A DNA stretch of 64,000 nucleotides from a virus (taxonomy: Duplodnaviria > Caudoviricetes): positions 25,676 to 89,675 of IMG/VR virus record IMGVR_UViG_3300044262_000032. One strand, 5' to 3'. Positions 24,268 through 31,249 of the stretch are shown piece after piece. The notes under the pieces are model-generated. The model had not been told where the DNA came from. It searched no databases and saw only the letters and a program-made list of their open reading frames with translations. The first letter of the stretch is position 1. Every line of letters begins with the position of its first letter. Made by a program: the position numbers and the translations under genes.

Positions 24268-24888
24268 ATGAACACTGCAACGTACAACGGTGATGTTCAA
24301 AACGTACTAAATAGTGAGAACACCTACCCCTGGCGTCCATCACGTGGTGTATGGAGAGAAGTTCCAATTCCAGGTGAAGATGAAAAATTAGTTATTACCT
24401 TTAGAGGTATGCCGCAGCAGGGCGCGGAAACAAATCCAGCTGGCTATAATTCTGTGCTGAATATGGTTGATGCAAATGATCTGATCTGGCTGACGTTCGG
24501 CACGGGTCTTTCAGTGACCGTATCCCAAAGACCGGCTGGTGGGCCAAACGGAGATTACTGGGGCGATGTGTCGATGGGGCAGACTGGTGAGCCTGTGCCG
24601 GGAACGCCAGGCCTGCTGAACGATGCGTTTGGGGATATCACAGAGATATGGACTTATACACTCAACCGACCAGCGGTGGGAAACCCATCGCTAGATGTGA
24701 CTGGAAGCAAGCATGGTGCGGCTGTGTGGCACTGGATGTCGCCTATCGCAAGCTATGCCGGTATGAGAATGATGATTGGGTGGTGCGCCCCCGAGACATC
24801 TATCTCTGAGCTGTTTACCCAAACAGGCGTACATCTAAGTGGATGTGTGGATGTCGAGTATCTATCAGTAGCTATTGAGTCTATTTAG
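24268..24888 (+). CDS. hypothetical protein (206 aa) inserted in the tRNA array
   Basis: GGAGG SD; no motif recognised. Confidence 0.75.
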   Translation: MNTATYNGDVQNVLNSENTYPWRPSRGVWREVPIPGEDEKLVITFRGMPQQGAETNPAGYNSVLNMVDANDLIWLTFGTGLSVTVSQRPAGGPNGDYWGDVSMGQTGEPVPGTPGLLNDAFGDITEIWTYTLNRPAVGNPSLDVTGSKHGAAVWHWMSPIASYAGMRMMIGWCAPETSISELFTQTGVHLSGCVDVEYLSVAIESI

Positions 24889-24912
24889 TATAAAGATAGG
24901 AGAGGTAATCTT

Positions 24913-24989
24913 GGCCCCATTGGCTAGTGGCCTAGGCCGTAGGACTTTCAATCCTACATTCGCGGGTTCGAATCCCGCTGGGGCTACCA
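24913..24989 (+). tRNA. tRNA-Glu(TTC)
   Basis: TAGGA-CTTTCAA-TCCTA. Confidence 0.95.
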
Positions 24990-24996
24990 TTTTAAC

Positions 24997-25071
24997 GGCC
25001 CCAGAGTCAGATAGCCACGACACTGCCCTGTCACGGCAGAGGACCGGGAGCGTAACCCGGTGGGGTCGCCA
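24997..25071 (+). tRNA. tRNA-Asp(GTC), atypical T-loop
   Basis: CTGCC-CTGTCAC-GGCAG; T-loop AGCGTAA; G8; G73. Confidence 0.88.
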
Positions 25072-25120
25072 TTATCTCTTCTATAGACCACACTCGTCGA
25101 GTACAGGCGGTAGTAGTTAA

Positions 25121-25206
25121 GCTGGGGTAGCGAAGTGGTTGAACGCAGCTGCCTTGTAAGCAGCAGGGGTAACCCCACGCAGGTTCGAATCCTGTCCCCA
25201 GCTCCA
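25121..25206 (+). tRNA. tRNA-Thr(TGT) with long variable arm
   Basis: GCTGC-CTTGTAA-GCAGC; GGGG-TAA-CCCC arm; G1-C72, C2-G71, U73. Confidence 0.88.
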
Positions 25207-25213
25207 TAAACTT

Positions 25214-25292
25214 GCGGGCTTGGCCGAGTGGTTGAAGGCACTAGTCTTCCAAACTAGGATCACCGTGGGTTCGAATCCCACAGCCCGCTCCA
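25214..25292 (+). tRNA. tRNA-Gly(TCC)
   Basis: CTAGT-CTTCCAA-ACTAG; U73. Confidence 0.93.
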
Positions 25293-25396
25293 ATCTTAGA
25301 ATCTTTTGCAAGAGACTCTAAGCGCTCATTGGGAAGGGGGAGCGAAAACGGTACCGGAACGCCGTCCCCTTTTCAAAACTTTAAAAGGAGAGCACG

Positions 25397-25630
25397 ATGA
25401 CTGACACAGAACTTTTAGATTGGTTTGAAGATAAAGGTGCAATTGTATGTGCGGCCCTAATCAATGACGATAATGGGCATTGGGCTGTGTCTACAACAGG
25501 TATGCAGAATGTTATTGTCGGCGATGGACTCGGGGATGTACAGACTACATTCTTTATCGAGGCGGCCGATTGGAAGCGCAGTGTACGCGAGGCGATCCTC
25601 GCGTTTAAGGACCAGTACGAGTCCTATTAA
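25397..25630 (+). CDS. hypothetical protein
   Basis: AAGGAG SD; begins MTDTELLDWF. Confidence 0.75.
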   Translation: MTDTELLDWFEDKGAIVCAALINDDNGHWAVSTTGMQNVIVGDGLGDVQTTFFIEAADWKRSVREAILAFKDQYESY

Positions 25631-25633
25631 CTT

Positions 25634-25835
25634 GGGCGATCGCGCACCCCCAGAAACTCTCGATGCTCAGATATTAGATTGGACACCTAATATTAAGAAG
25701 ACGAGGAACTCGTCGCTGCCCGAACCCGGCAAGAGCTAGAGAGGACGCGAACACTCGTAAACGGGCGACCGTGCACCCGTAAAAACAGTGATGACTCAGG
25801 CGCAGGGTTCCTGGCGGTTCTCTACTGAGGTCGCT
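25634..25835 (+). ncRNA. unassigned multi-domain structured RNA
   Basis: Nested stems and two copies of the hairpin GGGCGAYCGYGCACCC. Confidence 0.55.
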
Positions 25836-25852
25836 GGACACGGACACTTTAT

Positions 25853-25939
25853 GGATGGGTCGCTCAACGGTGGAGCAGCTGTCTTGAAAACAGCCGGGCC
25901 TAACAAGTCATGGGGGTTCGAATCCCTCCCCATCCGCCA
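25853..25939 (+). tRNA. tRNA-Ser(TGA)
   Basis: GCTGT-CTTGAAA-ACAGC; long arm; G73. Confidence 0.95.
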
Positions 25940-25956
25940 ATCTAAAAGGAGACGAG

Positions 25957-26301
25957 ATGTATCCTTGTGCTAAACAGCGAGTGCTCTGTGAGATTAGGGA
26001 TCTTGAGACTGGTAAGTCGTACTGGGGCGAGAATGTATGCTCTTACTATCAATACAAATGCCCACGCGGTGATATGGAGCCAGGAGTTGGCTATGAACTA
26101 TGCGATAGTATGTGCGGACAGGAAGGTCACGCTGAGGAGCAGGCGCTAGAGGCAGCTGGAAAAGATCAGTGGTCGGATCCCTTTAAAAGGGCTTTAGCTC
26201 TTGTTTATGGTCAAACTAGAGTATGCGAACGCTGTAAAGATCAGTTGCAGCGCGCGGGGGTTGAGACCATAATTCTAGTTAAAGGATCGGAGGTAATTTA
26301 A
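25957..26301 (+). CDS. Zn-dependent deaminase (CDA fold; dCMP deaminase-like)
   Basis: GHAEEQAL and VCERC metal/catalytic motifs; CAK..V.C..GEN.C..CPR. Confidence 0.8.
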   Translation: MYPCAKQRVLCEIRDLETGKSYWGENVCSYYQYKCPRGDMEPGVGYELCDSMCGQEGHAEEQALEAAGKDQWSDPFKRALALVYGQTRVCERCKDQLQRAGVETIILVKGSEVI

Positions 26302-26302
26302 G

Positions 26303-26479
26303 AGATTGGCGGAAGGCGAAAGCGGGCTAACCACCCACCCCACCAGATAGGGGAGTTAACGGGCTAGGGGCGCGCTGCCGTGGTGGCAGCAGGCATGGCG
26401 AAAGCCACGATCCGCCGAAATCCCTAGCTGAGGGCATTATAGGCAAGCCCCTCACTAAGATCAGGTCTGGCGCCAATCT
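26303..26479 (+). ncRNA. unassigned structured RNA with probable pseudoknot
   Basis: 9-bp AGATTGGCG/CGCCAATCT closing stem, 9-bp GGCTAGGGG/TCCCTAGCT, GAAA-capped hairpins, loop CCAGAT complementary to GTCTGG. Confidence 0.65.
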
Positions 26480-26498
26480 AGTTTGAAAGGAGATTGAA

Positions 26499-26672
26499 AT
26501 GGAAATCTGTGAGATTTGCGGTAACTACTATAGCGAGGAGTTAGAGAGCGGTCTGTTTACTCTCTACAGTGCCAAGAATAAGATTGTTATGCACGAGCAT
26601 ATGTGTGGTAGTTGTGGGGAGAATATCAGACATTACATACTAGGAATGATAGACGCTAATAGTGAGATGTGA
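26499..26672 (+). CDS. small Zn-finger protein (57 aa)
   Basis: AAGGAG SD; CEIC..CGSC; not in ORF track. Confidence 0.6.
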   Translation: MEICEICGNYYSEELESGLFTLYSAKNKIVMHEHMCGSCGENIRHYILGMIDANSEM

Positions 26673-26673
26673 T

Positions 26674-26748
26674 GGTGTCGCTAGTTCAACGGTAGAACCT
26701 GTGACTGTGGCTCACAGTATCGGGGTTCGATTCCCCGGCGACACACCA
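26674..26748 (+). tRNA. tRNA-His(GTG)
   Basis: TGTGA-CTGTGGC-TCACA; encoded G-1 opposite A73. Confidence 0.93.
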
Positions 26749-26749
26749 T

Positions 26750-26835
26750 GCGTCGGTGAAGGGGAGTGGCATCCCTGCGGGCTGTAAACCCGCCGCCTTC
26801 GGGCACGCTAGGTTCGATTCCTAGACGGCGCACCA
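26750..26835 (+). tRNA. tRNA-Tyr(GTA)
   Basis: GCGGG-CTGTAAA-CCCGC; long arm; A73; extended acceptor-D connector. Confidence 0.9.
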
Positions 26836-26848
26836 TTTTGGAGGAGTT

Positions 26849-27016
26849 ATGAAGCACGAGAAGGAAGTAAAGTACGGCGCAGAGGACGGATGTATCTGCG
26901 GCCATCCCGAGTATCTTCACTGGGGCAATGCCCTCGGGCACTGCAAAGCTTGCAGTTGCTGGGGGTTCAGACGCCCAGTTATACGCAGTTTATCGAAAAT
27001 AGATAAACCTCAGTAA
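26849..27016 (+). CDS. small Zn-binding protein (55 aa)
   Basis: GGAGGAG SD; CICGH..H..CKACSC..F; not in ORF track. Confidence 0.65.
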   Translation: MKHEKEVKYGAEDGCICGHPEYLHWGNALGHCKACSCWGFRRPVIRSLSKIDKPQ

Positions 27017-27029
27017 ACTCAATATAACT

Positions 27030-27106
27030 GCCCCTATAGCTCAGCGGAATAGAGCGAGTGGTTTCTACCCACGAGGTCGGGGGTTCAAATCCTCCTAGGG
27101 GCGCCA
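27030..27106 (+). tRNA. tRNA-Arg(TCT)
   Basis: AGTGG-TTTCTAC-CCACG. Confidence 0.93.
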
Positions 27107-27107
27107 A

Positions 27108-27125
27108 TTTACAAGCGCTTGAAAA
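27108..27125. promoter_or_regulatory. 18-bp palindromic site, copy 4 (TTTACAAGCGCTTGAAAA)
   Basis: Intergenic, directly before the SD of 27136. Confidence 0.65.
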
Positions 27126-27135
27126 GAGAGGGGTC

Positions 27136-27363
27136 ATGCGTATACCTCTGATGAAGTCTTTTAAGGACTTCTCCGAGAAACCTATCGGTTTCATTGAGAT
27201 TGAAAACGATGAAGTGCCAAATGATCCACAGTTTTGCTTTGCTCTTGGCTATACGTATACAAACACGAATGGACTGCCACGAGTAGAGCCGATATGCGCG
27301 GCTATTGTAAGTGATGATGAATATAGGAAATTTCTAGATTCTGATCAGTCAAAGGTTCGCTAG
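27136..27363 (+). CDS. hypothetical protein
   Basis: GAGGGG SD; 75 aa. Confidence 0.65.
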   Translation: MRIPLMKSFKDFSEKPIGFIEIENDEVPNDPQFCFALGYTYTNTNGLPRVEPICAAIVSDDEYRKFLDSDQSKVR

Positions 27364-27438
27364 CCCCCTTGGCCTAATAGTTAAGGCAACCGGCTCATAA
27401 CCGGCAGATTGTGGGTGCGAATCCTACAGGGGGCACCA
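27363..27438 (+). tRNA. tRNA-Met/Ile2(CAT)
   Basis: ACCGG-CTCATAA-CCGGC; T-loop TGCGAAT; Met vs Ile2 not resolvable by eye. Confidence 0.88.
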
Positions 27439-27439
27439 T

Positions 27440-27524
27440 GGAGAGGTCTCCTAATGGTATGGAAGCAGTTTGCTAAACTGCCGCCCGAAAGGGTGTGTGG
27501 GTTCGATCCCCACCCTCTCCGCCA
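27440..27524 (+). tRNA. tRNA-Ser(GCT)
   Basis: GCAGT-TTGCTAA-ACTGC; long arm; G73. Confidence 0.95.
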
Positions 27525-27568
27525 GCTATGCTATAATACTGTCGAAACAACCCAAAAGGGGGTAGATC

Positions 27569-27895
27569 ATGGCAATGGCGGCACCTGTAACAGTTGATTG
27601 GGCAGTGGCACTTCCGGTTCTAGTAGCATCGTTGGCACCAACGATCACTGGCTTTCTTCAGCAGTTCTCTAAGAATGCTCTAGATAAGGCGCCGTGGTAT
27701 CTCAAGAGCGTCATCACCATGGTTATTGGGGGTCTTCTCTCAACAGTAGCCTCCTATGCTGCAAGCGGTGATGCTCTCCTAAGCGCTGCTGGGGGCGCCA
27801 TTCTCGGGGCGGTGGGCTCGATGAACATTGCTCTGCGTAAGGGCACTCGTGGCAACCTTGAGGCTTCACTACAGCCCAAGGCGCCTGTGGAGTAA
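27569..27895 (+). CDS. small multi-TM protein, possible holin
   Basis: Three hydrophobic segments, basic C-terminal LRKGTR. Confidence 0.5.
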   Translation: MAMAAPVTVDWAVALPVLVASLAPTITGFLQQFSKNALDKAPWYLKSVITMVIGGLLSTVASYAASGDALLSAAGGAILGAVGSMNIALRKGTRGNLEASLQPKAPVE

Positions 27896-27898
27896 ACA

Positions 27899-28126
27899 GT
27901 GAGCGCGCTAGCTGATGCTCTTGCAACCAAGAACCAAGAGCAGGTTATCGGCTCAAAGATTGAGATTCTAGTTGACTCAATAGCTGGAGCTGTCGATGTA
28001 ACGTATAGTGTGCGGCTCGAAGCACCGTCGTTCTCAGAGACAGTTCTAACGGCACAAACGGCGCAACAGGTAGCGGATGCTGTACTGGAGTATACGACAT
28101 GGGCAGCAACCCTGTGGTCAGCATAA
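27899..28126 (+). CDS. hypothetical protein
   Basis: GTG start after GGAG; 75 aa. Confidence 0.6.
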   Translation: MSALADALATKNQEQVIGSKIEILVDSIAGAVDVTYSVRLEAPSFSETVLTAQTAQQVADAVLEYTTWAATLWSA

Positions 28127-28269
28127 AGCTCTACTATGATTGCCCCGTTCATGGACATTTCTCAGTAGAGAAGAAAGAGGGCGAAAAGTGGGATGACACA
28201 GCGAAATGTCCATATTGCGGAGCAATCTCGTTTCGTAATCTGGGTATGACGTCAATCTCTGTAAGCTAA
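28099..28269 (+). CDS. FmdB-like Zn-ribbon protein (56 aa)
   Basis: LYYDCPVHGHF..KCPYCG; GGAG SD; not in ORF track. Confidence 0.6.
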   Translation: MGSNPVVSIKLYYDCPVHGHFSVEKKEGEKWDDTAKCPYCGAISFRNLGMTSISVS

Positions 28270-28273
28270 GCTG

Positions 28274-28301
28274 AGGGCACGGTCGAGTTGGGCCGTGCCC
28301 T
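28274..28301 (+). terminator. GC-rich hairpin, possible terminator
   Basis: AGGGCACGG/CCGTGCCCT stem, weak U-tract. Confidence 0.45.
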
Positions 28302-28331
28302 TGGTGTTTCTACCGACCGAAAGGAGGCTGT

Positions 28332-30815
28332 GTGAGCAAGAAGTGGTGCACTAAGACGGAATGCCCCTACTTCGACAGAGTAGAGGTTCCGTATGGCGGT
28401 GATGTCAAATCTGACATCCTAGTTGTCGGAGAGTCACCTGGTCGTGAAGAACTGCTTAGACAGCAGCCGTTTATTGGAATGTCTGGGCAGGTATTAAACG
28501 CCGTTCTGCAGAGCATTGGCTACTCTCGTAGTTCCGTCTGTATAGCCAATTCCTGCCGCTGTATGATTAACAAGGACGAAGACTCTGTGGCGATGGTCAA
28601 TGCCGCGCTAAAGAACTGTCGTCCAAAGCTTGTCAAGATCATTCAGCAGGTACAACCTAAGGTGATCGTCGCCCTAGGAGCTTTTGCTCTGCGTCAATTA
28701 ACTGGCAAGCAGAAGATCATGGAGAATCGCGGACAATTCTTCTACAGTGAAGAATTCAAATGTCAGATCTTCTGTACCGTTCATCCCGCGTATGTTCTAC
28801 GTGGTGCGTCACGAGAGTTCTGGAATAAAGCTGCTGCTCGACGTACCATGAAAGAGAATCTGCTATTCATCGACTTCGAACAGGTGAAGAAGTATATTGA
28901 AGAACAGAAAGTAGACCAAATCAACACCGATGCATACAGGGAAGGTACTGTAGAAGATCTCCATTCCTTGCTTGCTACCCCTCGGAAGGTAGCTGTTGAC
29001 TTTGAAACGACGGGACTGGATCTATTCAATCCGAATGTAAAGTGTCTCAGCGTTAGCTTCTGTGCTGATGAAGGCCGACCAATCGTATTCTTCGCTGATG
29101 AAAATGGGCAATTTATCCCTGAAGTTAGACAGGTGTTAGAAGATAGTCGTATCACGAAGCTAGTTGCCGCTAGACCCTTTGAAGAACGCATCTGTGTACA
29201 GAAGCTGGGCTTTGAGATGAAGGGTCTTATTCACGATGTTCTTGTCATGGCTCATCTTCTAGATGAAAACTATCACTCCTATAGTCTAGAAGCTGTTGCA
29301 GACATATATACTCCGTTAAAAGGTATCAAGGCTCTTGCTAAAGGTGCACGAGCGGATCTAACACAGCTTCCGAAGGAGCAGCTTCTCAAGTACAACGCCG
29401 TTGACACGGACGCCACACTTCGTGCGTTCAATACCATGGCTGCGATGCTGAAGAAGGACGAGAAGCTAGCCAAGTATTATGTCTACTTCATGCAGCGTAT
29501 TCAGGACATGTTCTCCGACATCTACTACAACGGCTGTACAATCAATACGACTCAGCTAAGCGCCGACGAGAAGGCAATGACAGACATCATTGCTGGGCTG
29601 CATGATGAGTGTATTGCGATGCTTCCAGCCTCGATTCGTGAGAAGCATGAAGGAAAACTCAAGTTATCTAGACCTGCGCTCGTACAGGACTATCTCTTTC
29701 TGCATCCCGATGGTCTACGACTGAGACCAGATCCAAACTATATTACGCCAAAGACCAAGAAGCCTCAGTGTTCAGAAGATCACTTGAAGTTATTTCCTAA
29801 CAATAAGTTTATTGACAAGCTTCTTCGTCTCAAGAAGGCTGAGAAGATTCTTAGCACCTATACGACTCAGATCTGGCAGACGATCAAACCGGACGGGCGA
29901 GTTTATCCTAGCACTCTCTTTACTCAGACAGTCACCGGTAGAACTGTCATTAAAGAGCCGACAATCCAGACTATTCCTCAGCGTGGGGAGTTTGCTGCCT
30001 TTGTTAAGAGAGCTTTTGTCGCGGATGAAGGTTGGGTCTTTGGGGCTCGTGACCTTGGACAGTCTGAAATTCGTATCATGGGTTGGCAAGCGCAGGATCC
30101 CAACATTCTTCAAGCTCTACGCGATGGAATTGATATTCACACAAAGACTGCTTCGATTGTGAATGATATTCCGGTAGATAGAGTTGTAAAGGACATGCGT
30201 CAGAAAGCTAAGGGTATCAACTTCGGATTCATTTACGGAATGGGCGCATGGAAGTTTAGATTCTATGCGAAGAATGAATACGGAGTTGACTATACTGAGG
30301 CTCAGGCTGAGGCTGCACGCGAAGCGTTCTTCTCGTATCCAAAGGGCTACTTTAAACTTCCTGAGTACTATAGGAAGCAAGAGCAGTTCGTAGCAATGAA
30401 CGGTTACGTCAGGTCAGTTCTCGGACGCTATCGTAGACTAGCTACAGCTCAGAGTCGGGACGAGAAAGAACGTCGGGAAGCGTTCAGACAAGCCATTAAC
30501 TTCCCTATTCAGAGCTTTAGCTCCGATCTAGGTCTTATTGGCATGTGGCTATTCTGGAAAGAGTTGAAGAAGTATCCAGCACTCGCAGCCAATGTAAAGA
30601 TCATGTGGTTTATTCATGACGCTATCTACTTCCAAGCTCGTGAGCAGTATTTCGGACAGGCTATGAGGCTCCTCAAGCATTGTATGGAGGTACTCAGTAA
30701 AGAGTACGTCGAGAAGCAGTTCGGTGTTAAAATAGGGTATCCCATTACCAGCGATGGCAAAATCGGAGCAAGCTGGGCAACAATGAAAGATTGGTTAGAG
30801 GAGGAAGCTGCATGA
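28332..30815 (+). CDS. polA: family A DNA polymerase with N-terminal uracil-DNA glycosylase domain (SPO1-like architecture)
   Basis: VVGESPG..E..PFIGMSG, TVHP (UDG 4/5); VAVDFETTG (exonuclease); DLGQSEIR, KAKGINFGFIYG, AINFPIQS, IHDAI. Confidence 0.95.
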   Translation: MSKKWCTKTECPYFDRVEVPYGGDVKSDILVVGESPGREELLRQQPFIGMSGQVLNAVLQSIGYSRSSVCIANSCRCMINKDEDSVAMVNAALKNCRPKLVKIIQQVQPKVIVALGAFALRQLTGKQKIMENRGQFFYSEEFKCQIFCTVHPAYVLRGASREFWNKAAARRTMKENLLFIDFEQVKKYIEEQKVDQINTDAYREGTVEDLHSLLATPRKVAVDFETTGLDLFNPNVKCLSVSFCADEGRPIVFFADENGQFIPEVRQVLEDSRITKLVAARPFEERICVQKLGFEMKGLIHDVLVMAHLLDENYHSYSLEAVADIYTPLKGIKALAKGARADLTQLPKEQLLKYNAVDTDATLRAFNTMAAMLKKDEKLAKYYVYFMQRIQDMFSDIYYNGCTINTTQLSADEKAMTDIIAGLHDECIAMLPASIREKHEGKLKLSRPALVQDYLFLHPDGLRLRPDPNYITPKTKKPQCSEDHLKLFPNNKFIDKLLRLKKAEKILSTYTTQIWQTIKPDGRVYPSTLFTQTVTGRTVIKEPTIQTIPQRGEFAAFVKRAFVADEGWVFGARDLGQSEIRIMGWQAQDPNILQALRDGIDIHTKTASIVNDIPVDRVVKDMRQKAKGINFGFIYGMGAWKFRFYAKNEYGVDYTEAQAEAAREAFFSYPKGYFKLPEYYRKQEQFVAMNGYVRSVLGRYRRLATAQSRDEKERREAFRQAINFPIQSFSSDLGLIGMWLFWKELKKYPALAANVKIMWFIHDAIYFQAREQYFGQAMRLLKHCMEVLSKEYVEKQFGVKIGYPITSDGKIGASWATMKDWLEEEAA

Positions 30816-31249
30816 ACAAGCCGTTTACCGACCAGGAACTAGAAATCATCAATCGTGCAAATGAAGCTGATCTAGGGCCTATGGTCGAACATCTTACACC
30901 GCTAGAACTACTTCGTCTGAAAAGCGGGGAAGGTATTTCGCTAAAGATGATTGTTAAAGGGCGAGGCCTTCTAGCAGCAGCTAAGATCAAATCTGGTGGC
31001 AGTGCTATCGAATATGTTACTAGAGATGAACTAAATGCAATCATGGAGGAGCACAACAATCTCGCTGTGAAGACGATGCTTATCTTCATGGCTTTAGAGC
31101 AGCGCGGCATTATCTCCGATAAAGACCTCTACGATGTCGCTGCTAAATTAAAAGATGGCCCAGATGGAGGGCAGACCGATGTCGGAAAAGATGATTCTAA
31201 AACTCGTACCAGAAAGCGAGGCCCAAGAGCAGCGAAAGCGAAGAAGTAG
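30812..31249 (+). CDS. hypothetical protein
   Basis: ATGA coupling; GAGG SD. Confidence 0.75.
   Translation: MNKPFTDQELEIINRANEADLGPMVEHLTPLELLRLKSGEGISLKMIVKGRGLLAAAKIKSGGSAIEYVTRDELNAIMEEHNNLAVKTMLIFMALEQRGIISDKDLYDVAAKLKDGPDGGQTDVGKDDSKTRTRKRGPRAAKAKK

Noticed and set aside
25634-26479. tmRNA, RNase P RNA or group I/II intron
   Set aside because: No tRNA-like ends with tag ORF, no GAGGAAAGUCC element, no intron P7 or domain V signature
22763-27100. ORF-track entries spanning tRNA genes (e.g. 22775-23071, 23811-24293, 24875-25120)
   Set aside because: They run through clear cloverleafs and lack SD support; shadows of the RNA genes
6591-30815. Inteins or introns in dnaB, recA, helicase or polA
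   Set aside because: Lengths and motif spacing are normal; no intein boundary motifs seen
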